Both the position numbers and the translations under genes were made by a program. The notes beneath the pieces were generated by a model. The model did no database searches, was not told where the DNA came from, and saw nothing but the letters and a program-made list of their open reading frames with translations. A stretch of 63,255 nucleotides of DNA, counting the filler, from Salisapilia sapeloensis CBS 127946 (lineage: Eukaryota; Protista; Oomycota), in NCBI GenBank assembly GCA_023334545.1. It is 10 parts of 10 records of this genome, joined end to end, with 100 filler letters (N's around TTAATTAATTAA, not from the genome) between each part and the next. Parts side by side here need not be neighbours in the genome. Positions count along the whole stretch, not along the records: positions 22,521 to 46,050 come from JAADVB010000262.1; positions 46,151 to 47,360 come from JAADVB010001249.1; 8 more parts are not named here. One strand, written 5' to 3'. Positions 35,757-47,460 of the stretch are shown here, piece after piece. Position 1 is the stretch's first letter, and the number at the start of each line of letters is the position of its first letter.

Positions 35757-38700
35757 ATGGAGGAGTCTCTTTACGACGAATTTGGCAATTACATCGGCCC
35801 TGAGCTGCAGAGTAGTGAGGAGGAAGACTCGTCAAGTGAAGAGGAGTCGAATGACGACTCTGGATCTGAAAATGGCGCCAATGAAGAGCAGGTAATGCTT
35901 GAATATCCATCCACGCACGCTTCTGATGGATGCAAGTGCATCAAATCGATCCTTCAGACGCTTGCACATATTTAATCATACCCTTGGCAATCACACTAAT
36001 ATATCTTGTATGGAATAGGATGACAATATCGGTACATAAGCCTATGCAGCATCAGCATCTCCTTCATATTCACTTATCTGACCCTGAATAGCGGAAGGCG
36101 TAGACTCCATGACCGTGCACAATGGTGTGGAAGCAGGTGACAGCAGCATCGTATTGCATGAGGACAAACAGTATTATCCAGACGCAGAAGAAGTGTATGG
36201 GGACGCAGAGGTGATGGTCCAAGAGGAGGATGGACAGACGATTGAGACGCCAATCATCGAACCAGTGAAAGTGAAGACTTTTTCGATGCTTGAAAAGGAG
36301 ATTCCACAAACGACGTACTCGACAGAGTTCATGACGTCCCTCATGGACCACCCGCAGCTCATTCGTCACGTCGCTCTTATCGGTGACTTGCACCATGGTA
36401 AGACTATGTTCACCGACCTCCTCGTACAGGAGACGCATTTGAAAAAGTGGCGTCCGGATGAAGAGAAACGGTACACGGACACTCGACATGACGAACAAGA
36501 GCGTCAAGTCAGTATCAAAAGCACTCCTGTCTCCCTCGTGCTCCCATCGTCTCGTGGCAAGCACTATTTACTCAACCTCCTCGACTGTCCTGGCCATGTC
36601 AACTTTTCAGACGAGACCACTGCAGCTCTTCAGATCGCAGATGGCGCAGCTGTTGTAATCGATGCCGTCGAAGGCGTCATGATGAACGTATACTCTCTCT
36701 CTCTCTATTTAGTCTCTGTCTATTCACTAACTCTTTATATAGACGGAACGCCTTGTCCAAGCGGCGGTCAAGGCTGACACGTCCATCGTCTTGGTGCTGA
36801 ACAAAGTGGATCGACTGATCATTGAGCTGAAGCTTCCTCCACTAGACGCTTACTTGAAACTTTTGCATACGATAGAAGAAGTGAATGGGTTGCTGGAAAA
36901 GTTTGCTCCTGCAGGTACGACACCTCAACGCGTGTCTCCTGAGAAAGGAAATGTCTGCTTTGCATCCGCTCAGCACGGATGGAGCTTTACTCTTTCTTCA
37001 TTTGCGAATTTGTATGCCAAGTCTCACCCTGGTGTCGACGCATCAAAGCTTGCACCGAAGTTATGGGGAGACAAGTACTACAGTCCTCAATCACGGACAT
37101 TCACGTCGTCTGTTCCGTATGACAATGCTCCTAGGTCGTTTGTCCTCTTCATCCTCGAGCCTCTGTATAAACTCTACTCGAAAGTCCTGAGCGAAGACGC
37201 GACGAAGCTCACGGCGACCGTCCGACAACTTGGTCTGAAGCTTCGGAAGGAAGAACTAAACTTGAATCCCAAACCACTGCTCAAGCTCGTCATTCCAAAG
37301 TTCTTGGGAGACACAAGTAGCGGCTTTGTCGACCTCGTCACGACTCACGTGCCATCTCCTGACACGACTGCATCTTCCAAGCTCGAGAGACTATACATGG
37401 GATCCCATGCATCAGGCTTAACTGTCTTACAAGGCATGAAAACTTGTGACGCGAACGCTCCATTGATGCTAAATGTCGTAAAGCTGTACTCTTCTCCTGA
37501 CGGTGCGACGTTCAGTGCCCTCGGTCGCGTCTACTCTGGTCAAGTGCGTCCGGACGACCAGGTGAAAGTACTTGGGGAAAGCTACAGTCCAGAAGATGAT
37601 GAAGACATGAGCTCACGGACGATCGAAGGCGTGTCTGTTGGTCAGGGACGGTACAAGGTTCACGTGAACCGCGTGCCTGCTGGTAACTGGGTCCTCCTCG
37701 ACGGCATTGACGCTCCCATCACCAAGAGCGCGACTGTCACTAGTTGCGACGACGATACGCTACAGGATGAAGAAGTCGGTATCTTCCGTCCTCTCCATCG
37801 GTCTTTTAACTCGACGGCGACGATGAAACTCGCAGTGGAGCCCTTGAACCCTGCGGAATTGCCCAAGATGCTGGAAGGTCTTCGTAAAATTAGTAAAAGC
37901 TATCCACTCGTGACTACCAAGGTAGAAGAGAGTGGAGAACATGTCATCCTGTGTACTGGTGAACTAGCTGCTGACTGTCTGCTGCATGATCTTCGACGCA
38001 TGTACGCTGATATTGAGGTCAAAGTGGCGGATCCGGTCGTGTCGTTCGCAGAGACTGTGGCCGAGATCTCTTCTGTCCAGTGCTTTGCCGAGACGCCGAA
38101 CCATCAGAATAAGCTGACGATGATCGCCCAGCCATTGGACAATGGTCTAGCCAAGGACATTGAGAATGAAGACATTTCCTTGTCTATGGACAAGAAGAAA
38201 GTCTCAACGTTCTTTAAAACAAACTACAACTGGGATGCACTTGCAGCACGCTCAGTCTGGGCTTTTGGACCCGATAGCTTTGGTCCGAACGTCTTGATAG
38301 ATGATACGTTGCCGTCTGAAGTAGATAAGAAGGCACTTGCGAGTGTGAAAGAAAGTGTTGTGCAAGGCTTCCAGTGGAGTACAAGGGAAGGACCGTTGTG
38401 TGACGAACCAATCCGCAACACCAAGTTCAAGATCCTCGATGCGTCTATTGCGACGGAAGCTGTGCATCGTGGAGGAGGACAGATCATCCCGACGGCGAGA
38501 CGAGTGGCCTACTCTTCCTTCCTGACAGCGTCCCCGAGACTGCTGGAACCAATGTACATGTTCGAGATCCAGTGTCCAGCTGATACCGTCGCGTCCCTCT
38601 ACCAAGTTCTCAGTCGCCGTCGTGGACACATGACACAAGATATGCCCAAGGCTGGATCGCCCATGTACAGCGTCCGAGGATACATCCCGGTCATCGAGAG

Positions 38701-38980
38701 CTTTGGATTGGAGACGGACTTGCGCGTGTTTACGCAAGGACAAGCATTTATCACCCAAGCGTTTGATCACTGGGCGGTGGTGCCTGGAGACCCGCTGGAC
38801 ACGAATGTCGTGCTGAGACCACTTGAGCCTGCACCGGTGAACGACTTGGCGAGAGAGTTCATGGTCAAAACCAGACGTCGGAAGGGCTTGAGTGAAGACG
38901 TGAACGTGAGCAAGTACTTTGATGCTGGTATGCGCGATGAACTGGCCAAGCACCAAGTCGACCTCGAGCATCTACTCTAG
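35757..38980 (+). CDS. EFTUD2: U5 snRNP 116 kDa GTPase Snu114; introns 35892-36018, 36032-36091 and near 36688-36741
   Basis: [39 protein letters not shown]-2-like domains, [12 protein letters not shown]. Confidence 0.97.
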
Positions 38981-39399
38981 GCAGGCTGTCGTTGGTGCTG
39001 TAGATCCTTTTTCCTTAATAAGGTATCCTGGAGAGCTTGTCATCGTGAGAGGCAAGTCTTCCTAGCATTTTGCTTTCTACCTTTGTCTTGCTTCCAGATA
39101 TACTCTTACTCGCATACTGTCGTGTGATGTATTTATATGCAGCAGACTGTCTCATATCGTAGTAGATTTAATAACTCTGAATGTAGCTTGCAGGAAAGCG
39201 TAGCAAGTGTACCACATCTTGATCGAACCAGTGTACTCGTCATTTATTCCTACACCTCTAATCTATGCATGAACTCCAATGTAAAAATTGCTATTTTACG
39301 TCATTCAGAAAAGGCTTATAAGAGTGTTATTAGTGTTTATGGAATGTATTTAGATTACATTTTGGACACTTTCGGAGACAACAAATCAAAATTGGCAAA

Positions 39400-41281
39400 A
39401 TGGTACGATTTGGTGCTCCTTCGAGTGCTCTCCTGTCTAGCGATGTATGTTCTGACCAAACAATCTTGCATGTATAGGACCTGCGCAATACGATAGATGA
39501 TTTCCGCTACAATCAGCGCCTGAAAGATGCCACGGAGCATAGCCATAACCTCCTTGGACTGTTGCCTGCCAAGCGGCCCAACTCACCCTTGTCTTTCTCA
39601 GACCCTGGCAAGCAAGATCACCCTGAGAGCAAACAGGATTTTTTAAACATGCTCCAGAAGATGAATCGTGCCGAATATGGCGAATCGGAAGCACAATTAA
39701 CCACAACGAACCAGTCCAAATTAAGTCACTCGCAGCAAATGCGCTCTCAGAACTTGGAAATTGGGCGACGACTTCAACAAGTTTTTATGAACAGTAAAAG
39801 AAAGAGTCAAAAACTCGGGCATATGGACGAACGGACTTTGAACAGAAAAGCTCTACTAGCATCCACACCCACTTTTCGTGGACTAAACAACTCGAAAAAG
39901 GTATCTCGTCTTTATATTCACTACTTACATGCTTATCCTGTATTTATATGTGATTTGAATAGACACAGGATTTAAACAGTCAGGAAGGGTACCGCTTGAA
40001 ACATCACGATGAGATTGAAGAACTGGAAAGTATGATGCATAATCCACATCCATAATCTATTCGTTTGACATATCCACACCACAGACAAGCTACGTGAACA
40101 GCGATTATCGTGGTCCCGTCAGGACCACCTCTTTTACGACCGATTGGCTCAACGAGAAACCAATGTGCTATTTGTACCTGCATTGTGCTATTCAGTCCCG
40201 TAACTCTTCTTTGTGCAGGTAGTCGTGGATCAAACGATCTACAACCTCTTATCTCAGGTTTGCAAGGAAGCTTTCCAAGAAGCAGAAAGAGCTGCCAGAG
40301 CTGCTCGCGGTCTGTCGGAGGAAGAGCAGGCCATTGTGGAGGATGCCTTACACGCTGGACCGATGAACGAAGTGCTTATCTCCAAGTATAATGTCGACAT
40401 TACTCGAGGACATCTTCAATGTCTCCTTCCCATGACCTGGCTGAATGATGAGGTACCAATAGTATCATCTCCCGTTCCATACAAGGTCTTGATGCTTGTG
40501 TAGGTGATCAACTTTTGGTTCCAGTTGATGGCAGATCGAGATACAGCCATGGTTGAGAAAGGATTGGTTGAAAAGAAGAGTCACTTCTTTAATTCGTTCT
40601 TCTATACCAAAGTATCTGAAGGCGGGTACAATTTCATCAACGTCCGTCGATGGACTCGAAAGGTACATGATCAAGTCTTTATTTTTAAGCTTCTAAGTAC
40701 TCATATGTATATCGTAGATTGACATTTTTGCAATGGACAAGATCTTCATTCCTGTCAACTTATCCAATGTACGCTCTTGCATTATATAGTTGCCTAGTTT
40801 ATAAAATGACAGTGTATCTCTAGACACATTGGTGTCTCGCGGTGATCTTTATGACGGAGAAGAAGATTCAGTACTTTGATTCGATGCACGGGAGTGGACT
40901 CAACTGTCTTCAGATTTTACTTCGGTGTGTCCTGTGACAATTAGCAATTTTGTATCGATAACTAAGAATGATGGTAGATACTTGCATGATGAAATGGAGC
41001 ACAAGAAGAAGGAAAAGTTTGATGAAGAGTATTGGCAGCTCATTACAACGACACCGGATACGCCGCAGCAGCAGAATGGATCCGATTGCGGTGTCTTCAC
41101 GTGCACATTCGCAGACTACATCTCACAGAACTTTGTACCTTTTCTTCTTTCGACGATGGCTTGGATGTATCTAATGCAAGAGTAGGCACTGACGTTCAAG
41201 CAGAGAGAGATGGTCTACCACCGCCAGCGGATGGTCCTAGGTATCGCCCAAGGCGAGCTGCCACTGCCAGAAGAAGAATAA
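39400..41281 (+). CDS. SUMO protease Ulp1/SENP (peptidase C48), multi-exon
   Basis: WLNDEVINF, FFNSFFY, THWC, YFDS, QQQNGSDCG give an intact His-Asp-Cys triad. Start ATG 39400 is tentative. Confidence 0.9.
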
Positions 41282-41397
41282 AATGGACTTTGGATGAAAC
41301 GAGTATTGTTGGTATGGCACTGCACCTACAACGTAGAAAGACTTAGGATGTCAATAGGCGGTTCTTTATTGCCTTAAACTGATCATCAATGGGCTAT

Positions 41398-41604
41398 CTA
41401 CTTGATGGTAAAGCCTTCACTGCGCAGACATGCCTTGTGGGCTTCAATCACTTCCTTGCAATTCTCTTCACCGTTCGTGAGGACACACATGTCTCGAGCT
41501 TGCTTGGTCTCTGGGCAAGAGCAGCAAATCTTCTTGCCAGACTTACCGACTTCCGGTCCACTCGTCTCTTGCTTGGTTACTTGCTTGGTTACTTGCTCGG
41601 TCAT
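41398..41604 (-). CDS. COX17: Cytochrome c oxidase copper chaperone COX17
   Basis: [13 protein letters not shown]....[18 protein letters not shown]. Confidence 0.95.
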   Translation of the reverse strand: MTEQVTKQVTKQETSGPEVGKSGKKICCSCPETKQARDMCVLTNGEENCKEVIEAHKACLRSEGFTIK

Positions 41605-41847
41605 CTTGCGTTTTTCTCGTACTGATGCTTATCCAGAAATTGTGACCGTTGTTTCTGACCTATTATTCTTCCCAATAATTGTTTTTATGCTTGATTTGTA
41701 ATCCTACTTGATAAACATATCGATTTAGATCTTTTATTTTGATTGGTGATTCTCTGTTTTGATGATTCCTGTGACGAGACATTCTTATATAAAAGACAAG
41801 TCAAATTCGGGAATCAGACGGGAGCGATCAATCTTTGACACATCGCC

Positions 41848-42627
41848 ATGAGCTTAGATAAGGCGCTAGAAGGGAAGGTTGCGATCGTGACGGGTGCCTC
41901 TGGAGGTATTGGTGCCGCTATTGCCGAAGGGCTGGTGCGTGCTGGCGCCAAAGTGGCCTTGGGGGCACGTCGAATGGATGCTCTCGAAACTGTCCAAAAG
42001 ACCATTGTGGAGAACACGCAAGTGCCTTCCAGTCACGTCCTCCTCGTCCAAACGGACGTAACAAAGCGTGAGGACCCAAAGAACCTAGTTGCCAAGGCCG
42101 AGGAAACCTTCGGAAACGTTGATATTATGGTCAATAACGCAGGTGTGATGCCAGTGGAGCTATTAAAGAACGTGAACCAGGATTCGTGGGATCGAATCAT
42201 CGACATCAATTGCAAAGGAACGTTGAACGGCATTGCCTCCGTGCTGCCAAAGTTCTTGGAACGCAAGGCTGGACACATTGTCAACATCTCTTCCGATGCT
42301 GGACGCAAACCATTCCCTGGTCTAGGCGTCTACTCTGCCTCGAAGATGTTTATCGAAGGTATCTGCCAGACACTACGCCTGGAAAACATTGGCTCCGGTC
42401 TCCGTGTCACGTCTATTCAACCAGGTAACGTCGACACGGACCTCGTAAAGAACGCAAACGCCGCCAGCGGCGTGGATGAAGAAGCGATGAAAACGTATGG
42501 TGAGCCTTCTGGGTACCAAGTTCTCCAGCCCAAGGACATTGCCAACGCCGTCGTCTATGCTGTCACCCAGCCTCCGTATGTGTCGGTCAATGAGGTACTC
42601 GTGGAACCTCGTGATGAACCGATCTAA
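41848..42627 (+). CDS. Short-chain dehydrogenase/reductase (NADP-type), intronless
   Basis: TGASGGIG, NNAG, SSDAG, YSASK, PG.VDT. Confidence 0.95.
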   Translation: MSLDKALEGKVAIVTGASGGIGAAIAEGLVRAGAKVALGARRMDALETVQKTIVENTQVPSSHVLLVQTDVTKREDPKNLVAKAEETFGNVDIMVNNAGVMPVELLKNVNQDSWDRIIDINCKGTLNGIASVLPKFLERKAGHIVNISSDAGRKPFPGLGVYSASKMFIEGICQTLRLENIGSGLRVTSIQPGNVDTDLVKNANAASGVDEEAMKTYGEPSGYQVLQPKDIANAVVYAVTQPPYVSVNEVLVEPRDEPI

Positions 42628-42692
42628 ATCAAAACGTGTTTGGATCTTCCTGTATTTCTTTCTTAAATAAACAAAGTACTTGTCGCCAAGCT

Positions 42693-43658
42693 CTAGACAG
42701 GTACAGCTACGATCTGGTGTTCACATCGAGGACACGCGCCTTCTACACGTCGCGTGCCACATCCGGTACAGAATGTCCCGCTTATCGGGACTCGTTGGCG
42801 AACGTCTTCATGTAGATTTTCGATGTGTGCAAGTAGCAAGTGGCTGTAATAAAACATCATGCCGCAGTAGGAACAGCTCTGGTGGATATCAGGCTGTAAG
42901 CTTATTTCCTGCGGCGTATCCGGTTCTTCCAAGATATTCGCCGTCGGAAACGTCAGTGCCAGCGTCTCTTCCTCTCGACCGAAGAAGCGCAGTTCGTGCG
43001 CTTGAATCATTGGCAACTGCTCTGTAGGTTCAGAATTGTCCGAATCGGAGGCTTCGATGTCAATCGTCGGCCCAGACTCTGAAACGTGTGGGACGTTGTC
43101 GTCGCTAACATCCAATCGGTAGGCTCGGAAGCGGAGTGGGAAGATCAGCGGAGGCTGGTGCTTCTTCTTCTCAAGCGTCAGGAAGCCGACAGAACCAGAT
43201 AGAGCCCGTTTTCCACCTAGCGGATACTGCTGCGTGATACCGACCATGTAGTTCTCCCAGCAGTCGCTGGATAAGTAGAACGGAGCGTTATGCGATAAGG
43301 TGGAACGGTCATTCGTGTGTACTCGGAAGATGGTCTGTTGGTCTCGCGTCGAAGACCATCGTAGAAACTTTGACATGTGCGCACCTCGGAGAAACTGGCC
43401 TGTTCGAGCGCATTGCACTTGCACCTGCATGTCGTGGGTGATCCGTCGGTCTGGGTTCTCACGCAGTGGTATGATCTTCAACTCGTCAAAGACATCTCGT
43501 TCGAAAACATCGTCGCTACGGTACAAACAAGGGACGACGTTTTCATTCTCGACGTGCCGTACGAGCGTCTCGTAGCCTTGCCAGTAGAAGCGTAGGGATA
43601 CAGTGTGTTTGGATGTTAGTAGCGGGTGGTGATTCGTGCTGGATCCGGATGCAGACAT
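42693..43658 (-). CDS. Hypothetical protein with C2H2 zinc finger and C-terminal C4 motif
   Basis: CSYC..HIENLH and CTGC..CPRC in an intronless ORF of about 320 aa. Confidence 0.7.
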   Translation of the reverse strand: MSASGSSTNHHPLLTSKHTVSLRFYWQGYETLVRHVENENVVPCLYRSDDVFERDVFDELKIIPLRENPDRRITHDMQVQVQCARTGQFLRGAHMSKFLRWSSTRDQQTIFRVHTNDRSTLSHNAPFYLSSDCWENYMVGITQQYPLGGKRALSGSVGFLTLEKKKHQPPLIFPLRFRAYRLDVSDDNVPHVSESGPTIDIEASDSDNSEPTEQLPMIQAHELRFFGREEETLALTFPTANILEEPDTPQEISLQPDIHQSCSYCGMMFYYSHLLLAHIENLHEDVRQRVPISGTFCTGCGTRRVEGACPRCEHQIVAVPV

Positions 43659-44602
43659 AGGTTGCAAAAGTGGATGAGTCTCTTCGCACTCGTAGGAAAT
43701 TCAGAACTAAGCACTTTGGCTTCTAATGCGTAGGCTTGAAGTAGCGCGAAGCTTACGACAACTTTGAAAAAAACTGATTGGTTTAAAATTTTATACTGAT
43801 AAATTGTTGGAAGAAACAGCATTTAAGCTGCAGGTGCTAAAGGCTATCTCAATGCTACGCGAGATTCGACAAGATGGCGCGTTTGTGCCGAATTGAACAG
43901 AACGACAGCAGAGAGTACGGCAAACTTGTCGGACTGCATTTATTTGCATCCCACGGTGCAGTTTCAAACCTTAGGTGGTCTGCCAAGCAAAAAAGCGGAG
44001 CCGCGGGTTTCAGATTTAGCGCTAAACGGCATGAAATAACGGATCGTGGAATACACAAGTCGCAGATTGGACATGGAAACTTTTGCGTCAACAGACATCT
44101 CTCAATCTGGTCGTCGAATTATCCGAGTCACTGTCGCGTCCAGTCCTTGTGCCAACTGGGGATAGAGTAACACCAAATGGCACCAAGCCGAGTGATCTCA
44201 TTCAGCCATCCTTACTGTGCTAAAGTAATAGCCTGTCGGCATGGACAGCTGAAGAGGCTGTCTGCGCACAAACAATTTTCGAAATAAGTGTGATTTCGGT
44301 GGAGCAAATGGAAGATGTCTTAGCAATTCTTCACCCATCCACTCTGTGAGCAAGATGACTCCGATCTAGTTTATACACACGCTTGCTTACTGAAAGCTTT
44401 CCAACATATACGCGACAGATCCTTCTGGTGCTTAGATAATAAGTTGAAAGTAAATGCAAATGACACAATGCTATGTGAGGGTGTTCGACATGATATGGAA
44501 ACTTCGTTCGAGTTGTTTTACATATCTTCAAGAGTAACCAGAATACCAGCTGGAAGAGCAGTATACCTATCAACTTCTAAACAACCAAGAAACCTTCGCG
44601 TG

Positions 44603-46050
44603 ATGATATTCCGTTCGACGTATCCGCCATTCCATATCCCACAAGGCAAAACTATATGGGACTACCTGGAGAAGGCAGCGATTGAGGATCCTCGTGCCCC
44701 GGCCTACATCTGTGGCATCACGGACCGATGCATTACGTTCGGCGAAGCATGGCAGCAAGCCAAGTACATCGCAGCAGGACTGGTTAGGAATGGCATAAAG
44801 AAAGGAGATGTAAGTTTGCTATTTTCACGACGATTTGTCGATTCTTAATGCCAAGGAACTCTCCATAGGTTGTCATGCTGCACTCGTTTAACTGTGTCGA
44901 GTACCCGGTTGTCTACTTTGCGCTAAACCGCATCGGAGCTATTTGCTCTCCTTCTTCTCCCATGCTCAATGCAGAGGAACTAGCTCTGCAGATAAATACT
45001 GTTCAGGTAAGTCTCACATCAACCGTTTGTCTTCTTTATTTCATGCATAACAATAAATTCTTTCGATCAATACGGCTAGGCTAGCGCCATTATAACGCAC
45101 AAAAAGCTGTATAAGGAAGCAATGGGAGCTTCTGGGCTTACCAACATACCACGAGAACGGTGCTATATGATGGCAGTAGCAGACAGTCACGATACGAAGC
45201 TCCAATCCATTGAGTAACCTGACAATACCATCCTCGTCCCATCGATCATCATGCTCATCCCTTTGTACTGTAAATAGAGATTTTATTAACAAGCAGCTTG
45301 AACTACCAGAAATGCCTTTACCCGATCCAATGGATGTTGTCATCCTCCCATTTTCAAGCGGTACATCAGGTCGACCAAAGGTATACCGTATCTAGAAGTT
45401 CGTGACGAACGCCACTTCTATAACTTATAAATTGCATTTTGCTCTAGGGTGTGGAGCTTTCAGGGCGTGCTCTTCTGTCTGTCGCACTCGCGAAAGAGTA
45501 CCTCGATGAGGGAAACCAGAGTTTTATCGCCGTTCTCCCTTTCTACCACATCTTCGCTATTCAGAACTTTCATGCCATGATGGTGCTTCGTGTAAAGTCG
45601 ATCGTACTGCCTCGATTCGAGCCTGAAGCTTTTCTTAATGTGATTCAAAAGTACCGTCCATCTAGCTTATCGATAGTGCCGCCTATTGTTACTTTCTTAG
45701 CAAAAGACCCACGCGTGGACAAGTACGACTTGACTTCGCTGAACAATATTGTCTGTGGAGCTGCTCCACTAGGTGCCGAGCTCGATCGGTTAGTTTCCAA
45801 ACGTTTGAGTATCCTCATGCGTCAAGGATACGGCATGACTGAGTTTTGTGCGGGAATTGTTGGAAGTCCGCGTAACTACGCCAAACCAGGATCGAGCGGC
45901 ATCCTATTTCCGAACGCGGAGCTGAAGATCAAGGATCTTGACACGGACGAAGACCTAGGTGTCAACAAGTCTGGTGAGCTCCTCTTCCGATCTCCTCAGG
46001 CCATGAACCGATACTTGGGTGATGAGGAAGCCAACAAACGAGTCTTCGCC
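44603..46050 (+). CDS. 4-coumarate-CoA-ligase-like AMP-binding enzyme, 3' truncated by gap, multi-exon
   Basis: MIFRSTYP, PFSSGTSGRPK|GVELS, LPFYHIFA, QGYGMTE, GELLFRSPQ.M..Y. Confidence 0.92.
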
Positions 46051-46150
46051 NNNNNNNNNNNNNNNNNNNNNNNNNNNNNNNNNNNNNNNNNNNNTTAATT
46101 AATTAANNNNNNNNNNNNNNNNNNNNNNNNNNNNNNNNNNNNNNNNNNNN
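46051..46150. other. Assembly gap/spacer
   Basis: 44 N + TTAATTAATTAA + 44 N. Confidence 0.99.
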
Positions 46151-47163
46151 AGCGTATATAACACGTCGTTTGCACGCTGATACGACGAACATTCTTTCGC
46201 GCAGCCTTGGTAGCTTCCGATTGACCTGATCGTCGATACGACAATTGCCATCGAAACGTCGCGACTCCACAAGATCGAAATCGTTCATGGATGTTGAAGT
46301 TGGGCATGACTGGACTCATGTAGCTGAACTGGATGTAGGTTGGAGCCAATTCCTTCTACTACGATTCTTTGTCATAAAAAGGATGTAGGTTGGAGACTGG
46401 ATGACTAGTGTGGAAGCAGGATAGGTGGGCAAGTAGATGAGTAAAAGACGACTTCCCGATTCGAGATCCCCACTGTCGTATTCGATCAAAAACAACCGAG
46501 AGCTGACGCGAATTCCGATGGTGAATTTTGTGCACGGCACTTTTGAATACAAAGCACTTGAATCCTCGTCCGTGTCGATTACTTTTATTGTATGCGAGGC
46601 CTCTATTAGCCTTCTTCCCGTAGAGTCTTTTCCACAAGGTTCGGTGCGTCTGCACGATAGAAACCTGGCACAATCTATTAGTTCGTACTCGAAAACATAA
46701 GGCGCTAGTTTTTACACGATAAGTAAATATTGCTTTTACTTTATGTTCGTAAGACGCTGTCTACCTAATTTTAAGCTATGGGACTTTTCGACTCGCAATC
46801 TTCCAGGACTGGAACGAAGTAGGCAGTGCAATAGACAAGAAACTGGCAATCTTCCGTATCAGCTTCTGAATAGAAAACGCATTGTCGTCTCCTAGGACTT
46901 GAAACTCTTACATGATCGTTGAGAATACTATCCAAGTTGCTCCATCCGCTGCTTATCTACAGGGAGTTTAGTTTGTTGTTTATCACAAGTGAAATTATAC
47001 TTTGTGAATGATCATGGGTATCAGAGCAGACACATAACAAATAAAGCAAGATGAAAGCACGAGAACAGTTCTTTTCGGATTTCGAAATTCAAAACGGACA
47101 CGTAATGAATACGCAAGTGAGCGAGCACCCTATTGAATGCATCGGTACATTTGACGCATGTTT

Positions 47164-47360
47164 CTAGTTACGGAGGCGGCGTTGGCCCCACTGGTTGCCC
47201 CATTGGTTGCCACCAGCTTTGCCTCCTTGGCCACCGGCTCCAGCTCCCTGGCCACCAGCGTTGCCTCCTTGGCCACCAGCGTTGCCTCCTTGGCCACCAG
47301 CATTCATCCCTTGACCGCCAGCACCAGCTCCCTGGCCACCAGCGTTGCCTCCTTGACCAC
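47164..47360 (-). CDS. C-terminus of Gly-rich repeat protein (GGQGGNA)n ending QRRLRN*, 5' part lost in gap
   Basis: 21-bp tandem repeats. Minus frame GQGGNAGGQGAGAGGQGMNAGGQGGNAGGQGGNAGGQGAGAGGQGGKAGGNQWGNQWGQRRLRN*. Confidence 0.7.
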
Positions 47361-47460
47361 NNNNNNNNNNNNNNNNNNNNNNNNNNNNNNNNNNNNNNNN
47401 NNNNTTAATTAATTAANNNNNNNNNNNNNNNNNNNNNNNNNNNNNNNNNNNNNNNNNNNN
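47361..47460. other. Assembly gap/spacer
   Basis: 44 N + TTAATTAATTAA + 44 N. Confidence 0.99.

Noticed and set aside
38252-38971. 239-aa ORF antisense to EFTUD2
   Set aside because: Typical antisense open frame of a conserved gene; no independent features.
46331-46395. 15-bp direct repeat GGATGTAGGTTGGAG and several 80-100 aa ORFs nearby
   Set aside because: Only two copies, and no frame gives a recognisable protein.
47158-47360. Plus-strand SLATSVA-repeat ORF as an elicitin-like or antifreeze-like protein
   Set aside because: The minus-strand Gly-rich frame with a natural stop explains the repeat better.
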